A stretch of 64,000 nucleotides of DNA from Candidatus Gorgyraea atricola (GCA_030765235.1 JAVCCW010000010.1:94907-158906), one strand, 5' to 3'; positions 1 through 11,585 are shown, numbered from the stretch's first letter. Notes: generated by a model from the sequence alone, not told the origin. Numbers and translations: made by a program.

Positions 1-552
1 GACTAATTCCTTTAACTGACCTGCTGTAAGCTCATTGTCCAGTTTTACTCTGTATTTCTTTTTCAGGGCATGGATCTTTTCTTCAAAATGCTCATGGTCA
101 ACGCCCATCACCACATCACCGAACATATCAATAAACCTTCTATACGCATCCCATGCAAGGCATTCGTTCTTGGTCTTTTTAGCCAGGCCTACAACAGTCT
201 GATCATTTAGGCCCAGGTTAAGGACTGTATTCATCATGCCAGGCATGGAAACAGCAGCGCCGCTCCTCACTGATACTAAAAGCGGGTTGTTGATGTCGCC
301 GAGCTTCGCGTCCATTACCTTTTCAAGCTTTATGATATTTGCGTCGATCTGCTTCTGAAGATCAGCAGGATATTTTTTGCCGTGCTTATAATAATAATCG
401 CACACCTCTGTTGAAATAGTAAATCCAGGAGGAACTGGAACTCCTATATTTGTCATCTCTGCGAGGTTAGCACCTTTACCTCCGAGAAGCGTTTTCATCT
501 TTGTATTTCCGTCTGCTTTTCCTTTGCCAAAAAAGTACACCATCTTGCTCAT
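1..552 (-). CDS. ppdK: pyruvate phosphate dikinase (5' part; runs off the window start)
   Basis: Manual translation from ATG at 552 gives [15 protein letters not shown]...[12 protein letters not shown]...[12 protein letters not shown], the typical PPDK N-terminus. Confidence 0.93.
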   Translation of the reverse strand, partial: MSKMVYFFGKGKADGNTKMKTLLGGKGANLAEMTNIGVPVPPGFTISTEVCDYYYKHGKKYPADLQKQIDANIIKLEKVMDAKLGDINNPLLVSVRSGAAVSMPGMMNTVLNLGLNDQTVVGLAKKTKNECLAWDAYRRFIDMFGDVVMGVDHEHFEEKIHALKKKYRVKLDNELTAGQLKELV

Positions 553-584
553 GCTTTAAACCCCTTTCTATCTAATTTATGTTA

Positions 585-706
585 GAAAAATCCCAATACT
601 ACCAATACTACCAAATAAATCCCAATTTCAAAATCCCAAACATGGTTTTGGATTTGGGATTTTGGATTTATTTGGGATTTGGTAGTATTTGGATTTTGGA
701 TTTTTC
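585..706. repeat. Family A tandem-unit palindrome (AAATCCC/ATACTACC ... GGATTT), copy 1
   Basis: C/A-rich left arm and G/T-rich complementary right arm around CATG; near-identical copies at 16894, 18209 and 24264. Confidence 0.9.
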
Positions 707-2720
707 ATCTCACTAGTATCTGTGGCAGTAATGCCAAGTCCGCAATACGTTCTGTGTATAACCTGTTGATCGCCTTCATCATTGCCAGGCGATTAAGTCG
801 CAACGACCTATCTTTATCATTCACCATTACATTGTCAAAAAAATCATGCAATGCCCTGTAAAATGCCTGGGCATATTTCTTGGTCGCCTCTACGTATTCT
901 TCTTTATCAATTAGCGCGCTTATCTTATCTTTCGAATCTAAATATGCCTGCCAAACATCTTGCTCTAATTTTTCCTTGAAAAGCCCTTTATTCACTTCGC
1001 TGATTTTTTCATTCTTTGCACCTTTTAAGATATTGCTCGTACGCTCTACGACCTTTGCTGCTTCTAAAAAATACCTCTCGTTAGCCACAGAACTCAATGC
1101 CTCGATTCTATTAAATATATCAACTATGTCAGAACGCCCTGAGTCCAGTACTGCCCTTTTTAATTCAATGGGCCTTATGTCTCCCATTAAAAACTCCACC
1201 CTATCCTTTATATAATCAGCGACCTTCTCTTTTGAAGTCTTTAATTTGTTACCGTATAGCTGAATTGCTTTTTCTACTAGCTCTACTATTTCAAATCTCA
1301 GAGACTGATCTTTTACAATGCGAATAAGGCCTAGCGCGTTTCTTCTTATACCAAACGGATCAAAACTTCCGCTTACTTCCTTGGTTACTCCTAAAAAACC
1401 AACCACATTATCTATCTTATCGCTGATCGCGAGGATCGCGCCCTGTTTTGTCTTAGGCAAGTCATCTTCCAGGCCCTGAGGAAGATACTGCTCGCCTATG
1501 GCTAGCGCAATATCTTTTTCTTCTTTGTTTCTCAATGCATATTCTCTTCCCATCACACCCTGCAGGCTAGGAAACTCGCCCACCATGTGAGTGACAAGAT
1601 CTACTTTTGAAAGCTCGGCTGATTTTTCTATATTCTTTTTCAAAGAACTGTCTACGTTTAATCTGTCGCAGATAAAAACGCAAAGTACTTTCAGGCGTTC
1701 GATTTTTTCGAACATATTACCTAAATCCTTGTGAAAAATCAAGTCTTTTAATTGAGGGATATTATCCGAGAGGCTTCTTTTTATATCCTCGTCGAAGAAA
1801 AACAGGCTATCCTTTAGTTTTGCCTCTAAGATATTTTCATAATTTCTTCTAACCAGCCTTATGTTCCTGCCGCTGCCGTCTATTACAGCGATAAACCTGT
1901 TTGTGAGTCTATCTTTTTTCACAACAGGAAATATCCTCTGATGTTTTGCCATGCTGGCCCTGAGCACATCTTCTGGCAATGCCAGAAATTTCTTGTCAAA
2001 TTCTCCGCTGAATACCGTGGGGGAATTCACCATAAACGTTATCTCTTCCAGGAGCGCTTCATCAACGCATTGATCTGCCCTGAGTTTCTTTGTCTCGCGC
2101 AGGATCAATCTTTTTATCTCAGTCTTTCTTTTGTCTGAATCAGATAATTTTATTTTCTTTAGGTCTTTCGCTGAGGGGATGTTTCCGAGTCTTATATCTA
2201 AATGCTCTTTGCCGAATAATGCCAAGACTGACTCTATCGGCCTTGCAAAACGCAAACCAGAATCATCCCATCTCATTGTCTTTGGAAAATAGATATTCCT
2301 TATAATGCGCGGGGTTATTTCTTTAAGAATATCTTTTGTATTGCGGGCTTTTTCTTTTTTCTCAACAACTACATATTCGCCTTTTGGGGTCTCTTTGATT
2401 TTCAAATCCTCTATTTTCACACCCTGATTTTTTGCAAAACCAATAGCTTGCTTTGTAGGGTTACCGTTGTCGTCAAAGGCTATTCTTTTAGGTGGGCCTA
2501 GAATTTCCTTGGAGCTTTCCTTCTGGCACACATCCATATCTTTTATATAGCAAATCAATGAGTTCTTTGTACCTAAATTTACTGTGAGGTTATGGTCAAA
2601 AGCTATGCCTAACTTGGTTAGCTCTAAATGAAAATCACTGCATAGACTATCTAAAGCTCCCCTTACATAGCCTGCCGGCAACTCCTCCACATTTATCTCT
2701 AACAAAAAATTCTTCTTCAT
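705..2720 (-). CDS. glyS: glycine--tRNA ligase beta subunit
   Basis: LLEINVEELP, FPKTMRW, FARPI, MVGEFPSLQGVMG and DPFGIRR motifs; adjacent to glyQ. Confidence 0.95.
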   Translation of the reverse strand: MKKNFLLEINVEELPAGYVRGALDSLCSDFHLELTKLGIAFDHNLTVNLGTKNSLICYIKDMDVCQKESSKEILGPPKRIAFDDNGNPTKQAIGFAKNQGVKIEDLKIKETPKGEYVVVEKKEKARNTKDILKEITPRIIRNIYFPKTMRWDDSGLRFARPIESVLALFGKEHLDIRLGNIPSAKDLKKIKLSDSDKRKTEIKRLILRETKKLRADQCVDEALLEEITFMVNSPTVFSGEFDKKFLALPEDVLRASMAKHQRIFPVVKKDRLTNRFIAVIDGSGRNIRLVRRNYENILEAKLKDSLFFFDEDIKRSLSDNIPQLKDLIFHKDLGNMFEKIERLKVLCVFICDRLNVDSSLKKNIEKSAELSKVDLVTHMVGEFPSLQGVMGREYALRNKEEKDIALAIGEQYLPQGLEDDLPKTKQGAILAISDKIDNVVGFLGVTKEVSGSFDPFGIRRNALGLIRIVKDQSLRFEIVELVEKAIQLYGNKLKTSKEKVADYIKDRVEFLMGDIRPIELKRAVLDSGRSDIVDIFNRIEALSSVANERYFLEAAKVVERTSNILKGAKNEKISEVNKGLFKEKLEQDVWQAYLDSKDKISALIDKEEYVEATKKYAQAFYRALHDFFDNVMVNDKDRSLRLNRLAMMKAINRLYTERIADLALLPQILVR

Positions 2721-2734
2721 AGGTTCGTGTGTTC

Positions 2735-2782
2735 GAGGCCGGACCTCGGCTTTTGGCTTGCCAAAAGCCGAGGTCCGGCCTC
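2735..2782. repeat. Perfect 23-bp inverted repeat (GAGGCCGGACCTCGGCTTTTGGC), REP-doublet-like family I
   Basis: Arms 2735-2757 and 2760-2782 are exact reverse complements; related to 11586 and 27779. Confidence 0.85.
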
Positions 2783-3626
2783 AGATTTTGAGATACAACT
2801 CCGCGCATTTCTTGGCTAAAGAACGGATCCTGCCTATGTAGCGTGGGCGTTCGCTCTGGCTTACAGCGCCGCGGGCATCAAGTATATTAAAGGCATGTGA
2901 TGCCTTTAAGACAAAACTATATGCCGGGTAGACCAATTTTTTCTCCAGCAGGGCCTTTGCCTCTTTCTCAAAAGATTCAAAACCTTTTAGATGCATATCT
3001 ATATCTGCTTCGTCAAAATTATATTTAGAATATTCTATCTCGTGTTTCTTGTGCAAGTCTCCGTATTTTACGCCTGGCTGCCATTCTAGATCAAAGACAT
3101 TGAACTTATTCTGTATAAACATTACTATGCGTTCCAGGCCGTACGTGATCTCGCAGGAGACATGGTCTACCTCTATACCGCCTATCTGCTGAAAATACGT
3201 AAACTGTGTTATCTCGAGGCTGTCCAGCCACACCTCCCAGCCCAGTCCAGACGCGCCAAGTGTAGGTGATTCCCAATCGTCTTCCACGAACCTGATCTCG
3301 TGCGCCTTTAGATCCACGCCCAGGACCTTGAGGCTCTCCAGATAAAGCTTTTTTATATCTCTCGGGTTTGGTTTTACCAGCACCTGATATTGATAATAAT
3401 GCTGCATGCGCAACGGATTATCCGCGTACCTGCCGTCAGTAGGTCGCCTTGAAGGCTGCACATATGCGGTACGCCATTTATCCTTGCCAAGCGATTTGAA
3501 AAACGTAGCTGGATGAAAAGTGCCTGCGCCCACCTCTGTATCAAGCGGCTGCACTATCACGCAACCTTGCTTCTGCCAGAATTTATTCAGTCTTTCGATT
3601 ACTTCGACAAATGTGAGTTTTCTCAT
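2781..3626 (-). CDS. glyQ: glycine--tRNA ligase alpha subunit
   Basis: [31 protein letters not shown] and EITYGLER motifs. Confidence 0.97.
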   Translation of the reverse strand: MRKLTFVEVIERLNKFWQKQGCVIVQPLDTEVGAGTFHPATFFKSLGKDKWRTAYVQPSRRPTDGRYADNPLRMQHYYQYQVLVKPNPRDIKKLYLESLKVLGVDLKAHEIRFVEDDWESPTLGASGLGWEVWLDSLEITQFTYFQQIGGIEVDHVSCEITYGLERIVMFIQNKFNVFDLEWQPGVKYGDLHKKHEIEYSKYNFDEADIDMHLKGFESFEKEAKALLEKKLVYPAYSFVLKASHAFNILDARGAVSQSERPRYIGRIRSLAKKCAELYLKI

Positions 3627-3645
3627 GAGTCACCTTTATTGCTGT

Positions 3646-3768
3646 GGAGGTTACGAAGGTTTCGGAAGGTTTCGGAATGTTGCGGAAGGTTGTCAAAAAG
3701 TTTGAAATCCATAGCTGTTGTAACCTTTCGTAACCTTCTCTAACATTCCGTAACATTCCGTAACCTCC
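3646..3768. repeat. Family B decamer palindrome (GGAAGGTTTC / TAACATTCCG), copy 1
   Basis: About five 10-nt units per arm, inverted around a ~30-nt core; relatives at 12013, 22315, 36060 and 53203. Confidence 0.9.
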
Positions 3769-3774
3769 CTATTA

Positions 3775-4413
3775 TCATGCAGCAAGCATTTTTGCCGTCT
3801 TAAGCGGCCTATCCAGATTATCCGCTATTATCTTAGCTGTCACCTTTTTTATATCATTTCCTACTTCGCGCGTCAGTTTTATCTTGGAAGAGACCTGCCA
3901 TGCCTCTCTTTCAAAGCACGCCAATGTGGACACTGCGCCCTTGGTCAGCTTAAAAGAGCTAGAGCCTGGCCAAAGCCCGAGTCCGAGCAAAAATTTTACC
4001 TCAAAAAGTCTTGCTATTACGCCTGGCTCTTTCTTGTGTTCCAGTGACCTCAGGCCATTTAAGAGCGTTTCGAATATCCCGCTATCCTCTCCGCCTGGTT
4101 CTGTAAACACATCTATAAGTTCTAATAAATAATATGCGATCGAGGCCCTGTCCCAATCCTTAAGGATATTAAAAAAGATCTCCTGCGCATCGCACTGAGA
4201 GATAATGAAAAGATCACTCTTCTTTTTTTCGTAAAAGACTATCTGGTCAAGACTGAAGAATAGCGGATTTACGCTGCTCCTGGCGCGGTTGCCTCGCGCG
4301 CCTTTTAAAACGCCGTTTACCTTACCAAAATCTCTAGTAAAATAACTGAGTATAAGGCTAGTCTCTCTAAGATCTTTTTTCCTTAATAGTATTGCGTCTG
4401 TCTTTTGTATCAT
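3775..4413 (-). CDS. recO: DNA repair protein RecO (short, no zinc finger)
   Basis: DAILLRKKDLRETSLILSYFTRDFGKV...KGAR N-terminal OB fold; recO-glyQ synteny. Confidence 0.88.
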   Translation of the reverse strand: MIQKTDAILLRKKDLRETSLILSYFTRDFGKVNGVLKGARGNRARSSVNPLFFSLDQIVFYEKKKSDLFIISQCDAQEIFFNILKDWDRASIAYYLLELIDVFTEPGGEDSGIFETLLNGLRSLEHKKEPGVIARLFEVKFLLGLGLWPGSSSFKLTKGAVSTLACFEREAWQVSSKIKLTREVGNDIKKVTAKIIADNLDRPLKTAKMLAA

Positions 4414-4429
4414 TAGCTCGCTTTGCTCG

Positions 4430-5053
4430 CTAATACATCTGTGTTTTAGGGACGATCGCGCCGCCCGAGACGATCATCTTCATTGCCTCAGCCACAGACA
4501 TATCCAAAGATACAGTCTCTTCTTGCGGAACAAATACCAGCATGCCAGAGGTGGGATTTGGAGTGGTCGGCACAAATATATTTAAAAGAGTGTTTTTTGT
4601 CTTTTGCTGGACCTCACCCTTTGTCCCTGAAACCACAAAACCCAACTGATACACGCCCTTTCTTGGGTATTCTATTAAAACTACTCTCTGAAAAATAGTA
4701 TTTTTATGAATAAAAAGAGCAGACCATATCTCTTTTATGGTCCTGTAGATCACGCTGATCATCGGCACCTTATACAGGATCCTCTCGCCAAAACCAAAGA
4801 TGTTCCTCAATACTATTATCCTCGCGGCAAAACCCACCAGGGTCAAGAAAACCAATAATAAGATAAAGATTATTATATTGGTAAAGACCTCTATATTCTG
4901 AGCTGCCGGGACAAACCTTTCTAAAACATTGGTTATGGGTGAGAGTAGAAAAGTAAATCTATCTATTATGAAATAGAGCACCCAAAAAGTAAGCACCAGT
5001 GGTACTACGATCAAGAGGCCTGTGAAAAAATTCGCCCTAATCTTAGAAAGCAT
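4430..5053 (-). CDS. DUF502 family membrane protein
   Basis: FFTGLLIVVPLVLT, VLIEYPRKG and FVPTTPNPTSG motifs. Confidence 0.88.
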   Translation of the reverse strand: MLSKIRANFFTGLLIVVPLVLTFWVLYFIIDRFTFLLSPITNVLERFVPAAQNIEVFTNIIIFILLLVFLTLVGFAARIIVLRNIFGFGERILYKVPMISVIYRTIKEIWSALFIHKNTIFQRVVLIEYPRKGVYQLGFVVSGTKGEVQQKTKNTLLNIFVPTTPNPTSGMLVFVPQEETVSLDMSVAEAMKMIVSGGAIVPKTQMY

Positions 5054-5055
5054 GG

Positions 5056-5757
5056 TTATCTCCTTAAAAACTGAAAGATCAATAGCGTTATGAAAATGCC
5101 TACTAGCGCGCCTGTAAAGACCTCTAGGGCCGAGTGGACACCATCCCTGACCCTGCTTCTGGACACAAGAAACGAAAGAATAAATACAAGAAAGATTACA
5201 ATGCTATTTGGATACAGTAGTGAGATTATGGTCCAGATGGAAAATGCTATTGCGCTGTGACCGCTTGGCATGCCCCCTCTTAGCGGCGTGCCGCTGCGGA
5301 ACAAGACCTTGCTTAAAACCACAAACCCCAGGATTGTTAATAAAACTATAAAACTGATATGCCAACTGGATTCCTTTATTTTTATTATATTGTCCTCTAT
5401 CCTGATACCCGCCTTTGAGACAAACAGCATGTAGCCGACAACTACAGCTGCTAACGCGCTCAATAAGACCGCGCCTGCGCATATATCCTTTACGATCCTT
5501 GCAAGAGGATGAAACTCTTCTTTGACCAAGTCTATGGTGTGTTCTATTGCCGTATTAAACATCTCGGCAAACAGGACAAACGCTATGGTAAGGCAAAGGA
5601 TTATCAGTTCTATGTATGTAAAATTTAAAAATATCCCAAGAATAATCGCTGTAATGCCGATCGCGAAATGCAGTCTCATATTGCGCTGGCTCTTAAAAAC
5701 AAATACAAAACCCTCTATAGCGGAATTAAAACTCTCTACCAGATTCTGCCGTTTCAC
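5056..5757 (-). CDS. dgkA: diacylglycerol/undecaprenol kinase fused to a PAP2-like domain
   Basis: SQRNMRLH, EMFNTAIE and KDICAGAVL kinase motifs plus GMPSGHS and SRVRDGVHS PAP2 motifs. Confidence 0.85.
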   Translation of the reverse strand: MKRQNLVESFNSAIEGFVFVFKSQRNMRLHFAIGITAIILGIFLNFTYIELIILCLTIAFVLFAEMFNTAIEHTIDLVKEEFHPLARIVKDICAGAVLLSALAAVVVGYMLFVSKAGIRIEDNIIKIKESSWHISFIVLLTILGFVVLSKVLFRSGTPLRGGMPSGHSAIAFSIWTIISLLYPNSIVIFLVFILSFLVSRSRVRDGVHSALEVFTGALVGIFITLLIFQFLRR

Positions 5758-6182
5758 CTGACCCCCAGCAACTCTTTTTCCTTAGCTCTCATCTTTTTTC
5801 TATCACTCGTCCGTTCATCTTTGTAACCCAAGAGATGCAATATCCCGTGAATAAGATATAACTCTATCTCGCTTTGTATGGAAACTCCTCTTTTCTTGGC
5901 CTCTCTTTTCGCAGTCTCAGTAGATATGACCACATCTCCTAAAATGGGGCTTTCCTTTGGCAATCCATACCCCTCTCTCATTGAAAAGGCCAAAACATCT
6001 GTTTTGGAATCTACATCACGATACTTTGAGTTTAACTGCCTGATATAAGAATCTGCCACGAATAAAAGACTCAGCTCCCCTTTATCTTCGCCCATCTTCT
6101 TTAATACAGCTTCAGCGCGCTGGACTATCTTTTTAGTGTCGATCTTTACCCTGGCTTGTAAATCTCGGATATCTACCTTCAT
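5754..6182 (-). CDS. ybeY: rRNA maturation RNase YbeY
   Basis: TDVLAF, LGDVVIS and HGILHLLGYKD motifs. Confidence 0.93.
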   Translation of the reverse strand: MKVDIRDLQARVKIDTKKIVQRAEAVLKKMGEDKGELSLLFVADSYIRQLNSKYRDVDSKTDVLAFSMREGYGLPKESPILGDVVISTETAKREAKKRGVSIQSEIELYLIHGILHLLGYKDERTSDRKKMRAKEKELLGVR

Positions 6183-8353
6183 TCTTTCTCGGGTCCATCA
6201 GGATATTCCACGCGCGTGTGAAATATTCCTGTGAGTATATGCATGAAAACTTCTGCGATTCTTTCCAGATTCTTGAGCGTCAGATCGCATTCGTCCAACT
6301 GACCGTCAATAAATTTATTATTTATGATCTTTTTCACCAGGCCTTTTATCCTGGACGGTGTAGGATTATCCAGTGCACGCGATCCTGCCTCAACTGAATC
6401 AGCCAGAAGCACGCATGCTGCTTCCTTTGTCTGTGGTTTTGGTCCAGGATACCTGAAAGACTGTTCTCCTACATCCTCGTCTGTCACCTTTTCCAGTGCC
6501 CTCTTAAAGAAATAAAAAACAAGGCCTGTGCCATGATGCTGCCTGATGATATCAATGATCTTTTTATTGAGCTTGTGTTTCTGTGCCAACTCCACGCCAT
6601 TTTTAACATGGTTGGTGATTATGAGACTGCTCATGGTGGGCGAAAGTTTATCGTGCGCTGAACCCTCGCTGGATTGATTCTCACTAAAATATGATGCCTT
6701 TTCGATCTTGCCTATGTCGTGAAAATATGAACTGACCCTGGCAAGAAGCGGATTAGCGCCTATTGCCTCACAGGCCGCCTCTGCAAGATTTCCAACAACA
6801 AGGCTGTGATGATAAGTGCCTGGCGCCTTCATTACCATCTCTTTTAAAAGCGGATGGTTTAGATCCGCTAACTCGAGAAGGCTTATATCTGTCGTGATCT
6901 TAAAGATGTTTTCAAATACAGGTAGTATGCCTGTCACAATAACCGCAGACATTATGCCATTTGTAAGCCCAAAAAGCGCCTGTGTGATGTATGTATTAAA
7001 ATCCAACCCTCTTACAAGACCCATACCGATAAGATAACTCACGTTCGCAAAACCAACACACAGGCCAGCTGTCATGACCTGTGACCTGCGCCTTACGCCC
7101 TTCATCGCAAATATACCGACCATGCCTCCGACAAGAGAAACGCCTGCGATATCCAGAATATTTCCAGCGATCATGCCAACTAGTATACTTAAAAAACAAG
7201 TAGCTATCATTGCCATGCGGCTGTTTATTAAGATGGCTATAAGCATTGAAGCCACTGCCACAGGCACGAGATTACTTGGCCAGGGAGACATCACTATGAT
7301 CTTTGCCGCTACTAAGATCAGAAAAGACACTACGGAAAGCAAAACCAGCTCTTTATTTGCTGCTATAAAAATAGGTTCGTAAAATTTTACATAGAGCACT
7401 ACGATAAGCATGAAAAGCCCGACCAGTAGCAGTATCCCGAAGAGCCCTCCTATTTTCATTGCCATGGACTCATTCTGCTCTATGCCTTTTAACTTCACTA
7501 TATGATCCTTGCCAATACGCTCACCCTTGTTCAATATCATCTCATTCTTCTTTACCTCTATTGTATTGCGAATAGGGTTTATTTTCTGGGCAAGTTCATC
7601 TTTTTCTGCTGCTGTCTTTTCTTCATCATATATTATATTTGTGCTCAAAATGGCTTTCATAAAATCATTGGCAGCTGAACGCTCTTTTCTGCCTCTTATG
7701 CCTGAAGAAAAATCCTCCATGTTTTCCTTTAGATCTCCCAGCGTAAAAAAATCTTCTACCCATGCCGTGCTTTCAGTGTCCTCGATTTTATCTAGCACCT
7801 TTATTCTTTTTATCTCGTTCTCCACGAGCATAGAACGCTCTGAAGCAGAGATTATGCCTTTTAACATAAGGCGCTCTATTGCATCCTTTACTGAGTCGTA
7901 AAACATCTCGTGATCCTTTAGTTCCAGGATGCTAGTTGTAAGTGCCTCTGAGATATTATAATCAGCTGAAACTGCTGCGACCTTTGTCTTTTTTTCTTCA
8001 TCCGCCAAATCAGGTTCTGTCTTTAAAAGCGAGACTGAGTCCACGATAGCCTTGGCCTTATTCAAGACATTCTGCTGCACTCCAGCGTCAAAGATATAAA
8101 TGGGCAATACTGAATCCGCGGCCTTTTTTCTTGCGATATCCGTAGCCCTGGTATTTACCTCTCCTTTTATATTAAAATCATATGGCGCGTAAATAGAGCT
8201 CAGCGCTATGTCGCCCTCGCGAAACTCTGCCTTAAAAAGTCCCCTGTCCCACTGTATGATCGTCACCATTAAAAGACACGTTAATACCGCGATGATGGTA
8301 TGGGATAATGCATGTGAATTACTTTTCTTCTTACTATTAAGGATTTTTTTCAT
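6179..8353 (-). CDS. 7TM-HD (HDIG) phosphohydrolase, PgpH-like
   Basis: Extracellular domain, multiple TM helices, APGTYHHS, HDIGK, HHGT and LADSVEA; ybeY synteny. Confidence 0.9.
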   Translation of the reverse strand: MKKILNSKKKSNSHALSHTIIAVLTCLLMVTIIQWDRGLFKAEFREGDIALSSIYAPYDFNIKGEVNTRATDIARKKAADSVLPIYIFDAGVQQNVLNKAKAIVDSVSLLKTEPDLADEEKKTKVAAVSADYNISEALTTSILELKDHEMFYDSVKDAIERLMLKGIISASERSMLVENEIKRIKVLDKIEDTESTAWVEDFFTLGDLKENMEDFSSGIRGRKERSAANDFMKAILSTNIIYDEEKTAAEKDELAQKINPIRNTIEVKKNEMILNKGERIGKDHIVKLKGIEQNESMAMKIGGLFGILLLVGLFMLIVVLYVKFYEPIFIAANKELVLLSVVSFLILVAAKIIVMSPWPSNLVPVAVASMLIAILINSRMAMIATCFLSILVGMIAGNILDIAGVSLVGGMVGIFAMKGVRRRSQVMTAGLCVGFANVSYLIGMGLVRGLDFNTYITQALFGLTNGIMSAVIVTGILPVFENIFKITTDISLLELADLNHPLLKEMVMKAPGTYHHSLVVGNLAEAACEAIGANPLLARVSSYFHDIGKIEKASYFSENQSSEGSAHDKLSPTMSSLIITNHVKNGVELAQKHKLNKKIIDIIRQHHGTGLVFYFFKRALEKVTDEDVGEQSFRYPGPKPQTKEAACVLLADSVEAGSRALDNPTPSRIKGLVKKIINNKFIDGQLDECDLTLKNLERIAEVFMHILTGIFHTRVEYPDGPEKE

Positions 8354-8356
8354 AAG

Positions 8357-8971
8357 TTATTCAGGAATTACCAATTCCTGCCCTGGCTTGATATTATCAG
8401 GACTTTCTAAAATATTTTTGTTGGCTTCGAAAATCTTCTTCCATTTCTTTGTGGTGCCATATGCCTTGTCTGATATCTTTTGAAGTGTATCTCCCTTCTC
8501 TACTGTGTATATCCTTTCCCCTGTCTCTACTTTTCCTTCTCCTATAGTGCCACTACCTTTTTCCTTTCCATATTTATTATCTGAGCTTGCAGACGGTTGG
8601 TAAATTACTTGCGGTTTACTTGATCTGGTAAAAGGGAACAGTCCTTTTCTTCCTGTTTCTTTCTTTGCAGGAGCAGTTGCCTCTTTAGGAGATTCTTTCC
8701 CTGCCAAATACCCTCTGTTTCCTTCAATCGCCACATCTTTACGCGCTGATTTCTTATCTCTCCTTGAAGGAAGTTCTATCTCAAGATTGTACATCTTTTT
8801 GGTCTTTTTTCTTTCCACCTCAGGCATGTCTGAAACCTTACCCCCGATTATACCTCTGTTACCATTAAGTTCTTGATCAACCCTATCTGCCTCGTAAGAC
8901 GTTACTCTTGCCACACAGCCAGACACCACTAAAGCTGCAAAAAGTAAACTGTAAGCTATAAACTTTTTCAT
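8357..8971 (-). CDS. LysM-domain lipoprotein
   Basis: Lipobox VSGC; C-terminal [13 protein letters not shown]...[10 protein letters not shown]. Confidence 0.85.
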   Translation of the reverse strand: MKKFIAYSLLFAALVVSGCVARVTSYEADRVDQELNGNRGIIGGKVSDMPEVERKKTKKMYNLEIELPSRRDKKSARKDVAIEGNRGYLAGKESPKEATAPAKKETGRKGLFPFTRSSKPQVIYQPSASSDNKYGKEKGSGTIGEGKVETGERIYTVEKGDTLQKISDKAYGTTKKWKKIFEANKNILESPDNIKPGQELVIPE

Positions 8972-10347
8972 ATAGCCTCCTTTGTTTTAGTTGCTAGTTT
9001 AATTCCTAATTCCCTCAGCTGTTTTGCATCTACTGACGATGGCGCATCTGTCATTGGGCAAGAGGCCTTTTGTGTCTTTGGGAATGCAATGACCTCTCTT
9101 ATGCTCTCGACCCCACATATCAATGAAAGAAGCCTGTCAAGACCAAATGCAATGCCGCCATGCGGAGGCGCGCCATAACTGAACGCCTCGAGCAAAAATC
9201 CGAATCTCTCTTTCGCGTGCGCTGCATCCAGGCCTATGCGCTGAAAAATTTTCTCTTGTAATTCCCTATTGTGGATCCTTATACTGCCACTGGCTATTTC
9301 CACGCCATTTATAACCAGGTCATAGGCCCTTGAGCCCACCTTATCAGGAGCTGACTCTATCAGATCTATATCTTCTGACACAGGTGATGTAAAAGGATGG
9401 TGCTCCATATCCCATCGCTTTTCTTCGTCATTATATTTAAAAAGCGGGAAGTTTAAAACCCACAGAAACTCAAACCCCTTGCCGTCTTTTCGCAGATCAG
9501 GCTTATCTGTCTTGTATTTTTCCATTGCCTCTTTATGACTGATCCTGGGAAAAGGGATCTTTAGTTCTATGCCTAAGACCTCCTTGAATACATGATAAAA
9601 CATTTTCTCTGCAACATTAAAGAGATCATCTTCATCTATAAAAGACATCTCCATGTCCAGCTGGGTAAATTCCGGCTGCCTGTCCGCGCGAAGATCCTCA
9701 TCCCTAAAGCACTTTGCTATCTGAAAATATTTCTCAAAACCAGACACCATCAAGAGCTGCTTGAAAAGCTGTGGTGACTGCGGAAGCGCGAAAAACTTAC
9801 TCAGGCTCAACCTAGAAGGTACCAGAAAATCCCTTGCGCCTTCTGGCGTGGATTTGGTAAGAATAGGCGTTTCTACCTCTATAAACCCGTCCTTATCCAG
9901 AAAATCCCTCATTGATTTACATACCTTGTGACGCAAAAATAATCTCTTCTGGACCTCAGGCCTTCTCAGATCGATGTATCTATACTTAAGCCTGACTTCC
10001 TCTGAGATATCTGTCATCTCATCAAGTTCAAAAGGAGGTGTCTTGGATGGATTTATTATTTCAAGCTCTTCCACTCCAAGCTCTACCTCGCCTGTTACTA
10101 TCTTTGGGTTATCAGTGCCCTTGGGCCTTTTCTGCACCTTACCCTTTACAGCTATCACGTACTCGCTGCGAAGCTCCTCTGCTTTTTTATTTTTAAAAAA
10201 CACGATCTGCGTAAAGCCAGAACGGTCTCTTATATCCACAAATATGATCTTCCCATGGTCCCGCCTCTTATACACCCAGCCAAGAAGCGTTGCCTCTTTA
10301 CCCATATCCTTTGCTGTCAATTCACCGCAGGTGTGTGTCCGCTTCAT
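8968..10347 (-). CDS. aspS: aspartate--tRNA ligase, bacterial type lacking the GAD insertion domain
   Basis: [34 protein letters not shown] and [12 protein letters not shown] motifs; only 459 aa. Confidence 0.95.
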   Translation of the reverse strand: MKRTHTCGELTAKDMGKEATLLGWVYKRRDHGKIIFVDIRDRSGFTQIVFFKNKKAEELRSEYVIAVKGKVQKRPKGTDNPKIVTGEVELGVEELEIINPSKTPPFELDEMTDISEEVRLKYRYIDLRRPEVQKRLFLRHKVCKSMRDFLDKDGFIEVETPILTKSTPEGARDFLVPSRLSLSKFFALPQSPQLFKQLLMVSGFEKYFQIAKCFRDEDLRADRQPEFTQLDMEMSFIDEDDLFNVAEKMFYHVFKEVLGIELKIPFPRISHKEAMEKYKTDKPDLRKDGKGFEFLWVLNFPLFKYNDEEKRWDMEHHPFTSPVSEDIDLIESAPDKVGSRAYDLVINGVEIASGSIRIHNRELQEKIFQRIGLDAAHAKERFGFLLEAFSYGAPPHGGIAFGLDRLLSLICGVESIREVIAFPKTQKASCPMTDAPSSVDAKQLRELGIKLATKTKEAI

Positions 10348-11575
10348 TGATTATCCTTTCTATTTCATTCAGATATACCTCTTGTTGCTGTTTAAGCTCC
10401 ATATCTCGTAGCACGATCTTTTTGTTTTTTAATTCTTCTTCACCAAAGATAATAACAAATCTCGCGCCGAGTTTTTCTGCTCGCCTCATCTGTGCCTTTA
10501 GAGATTTATCCTCGTAATCCATGTTGCACGAAAGACCTTTGCGCCTTAATTCATCCATAAATATAAAGGCCTTTTGGCGTGTGTTGCCAGCAGTTGCTAT
10601 AAAGATATCAAGCGCGGATTTACCTTCATTGTCTTTTTTCATGGCCATAATCAATCTTTCAATGCCAAACGCGAATCCTATTGCAGGCATATCCTTGCCG
10701 CCCATGTCTTTTACCAGGTTATTGTATCTGCCGCCTGCGCAGATCGCGTCCTTTGCGCCAAGATCCTTTTGCACTATCTCAAATACAGTCTTTGTGTAAT
10801 AATCCAGGCCACGTACTATTCTTTTATCTATTTCAAAATCTATTTTGAGATCCTTTAATCCTTTTTTTACAGTCTCGAAATGGCTGGAACAATCCTTACA
10901 CAATGAATCTGAGACCTCGATCTTTTCAACGATCCTTCCGCAGTCTGGATTCTTGCAGTCAAATATCCTTAGGACATTCTTAGTGTAACGCTGGTTGCAC
11001 TCACTACAGAGAGACTTTAGGTGCGGTTTGACAGCCTTTCTGTATTTTTCTATTATCTCTTTTTTATCCTTGTCGCAACCCAGGGTGTTTATCTTTAAAA
11101 CAAAATCAGTTATGCCTATTTTTTTCAAGAACCCTGCTGCGAGCGAAATGACCTCCACATCAATAAACGCGTTATCTGAGCCAATCGCCTCTACGCCCAG
11201 CTGATAAAACTGGCGCTGTCTGCCTTTTTGCGGACGCTCACTCCTGAACATGGGTCCTATATAAAATAATTTCGAAAGGGCCTCTTTCTGCGCCATGGAA
11301 TTTTCTATGTATGCCCGAACAATAGATGCTGTTGCCTCTGGCCTCAATGCAATATTTCTGCCGCCCCTGTCAGTAAATACATACATCTCCTTCTGGACTA
11401 TATCAGTGGCATCGCCTATGCTCCTAATAAAAAGAGACGCCTCCTCTATGATAGGCGTCCTTATCTCTTTATATCCATATATAGCAAATATATCCCTGGC
11501 AGATTTCTCTATACATTGCCAGAGACTGATTTCACTGGGTAATATATCTTTGGTACCGCGTAGGGCTTTTAGCAT
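10322..11575 (-). CDS. hisS: histidine--tRNA ligase
   Basis: [21 protein letters not shown] and VRGLDYY motifs; start moved to [10 protein letters not shown] because the longer ORF runs into a palindrome. Confidence 0.95.
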   Translation of the reverse strand: MLKALRGTKDILPSEISLWQCIEKSARDIFAIYGYKEIRTPIIEEASLFIRSIGDATDIVQKEMYVFTDRGGRNIALRPEATASIVRAYIENSMAQKEALSKLFYIGPMFRSERPQKGRQRQFYQLGVEAIGSDNAFIDVEVISLAAGFLKKIGITDFVLKINTLGCDKDKKEIIEKYRKAVKPHLKSLCSECNQRYTKNVLRIFDCKNPDCGRIVEKIEVSDSLCKDCSSHFETVKKGLKDLKIDFEIDKRIVRGLDYYTKTVFEIVQKDLGAKDAICAGGRYNNLVKDMGGKDMPAIGFAFGIERLIMAMKKDNEGKSALDIFIATAGNTRQKAFIFMDELRRKGLSCNMDYEDKSLKAQMRRAEKLGARFVIIFGEEELKNKKIVLRDMELKQQQEVYLNEIERIINEADTHLR

Positions 11576-11585
11576 ATAAATATCC

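Noticed and set aside
3513-3743. Small ORFs spanning family B palindromes (also 36077-36262)
   Set aside because: They are products of the repeat periodicity and overlap real genes
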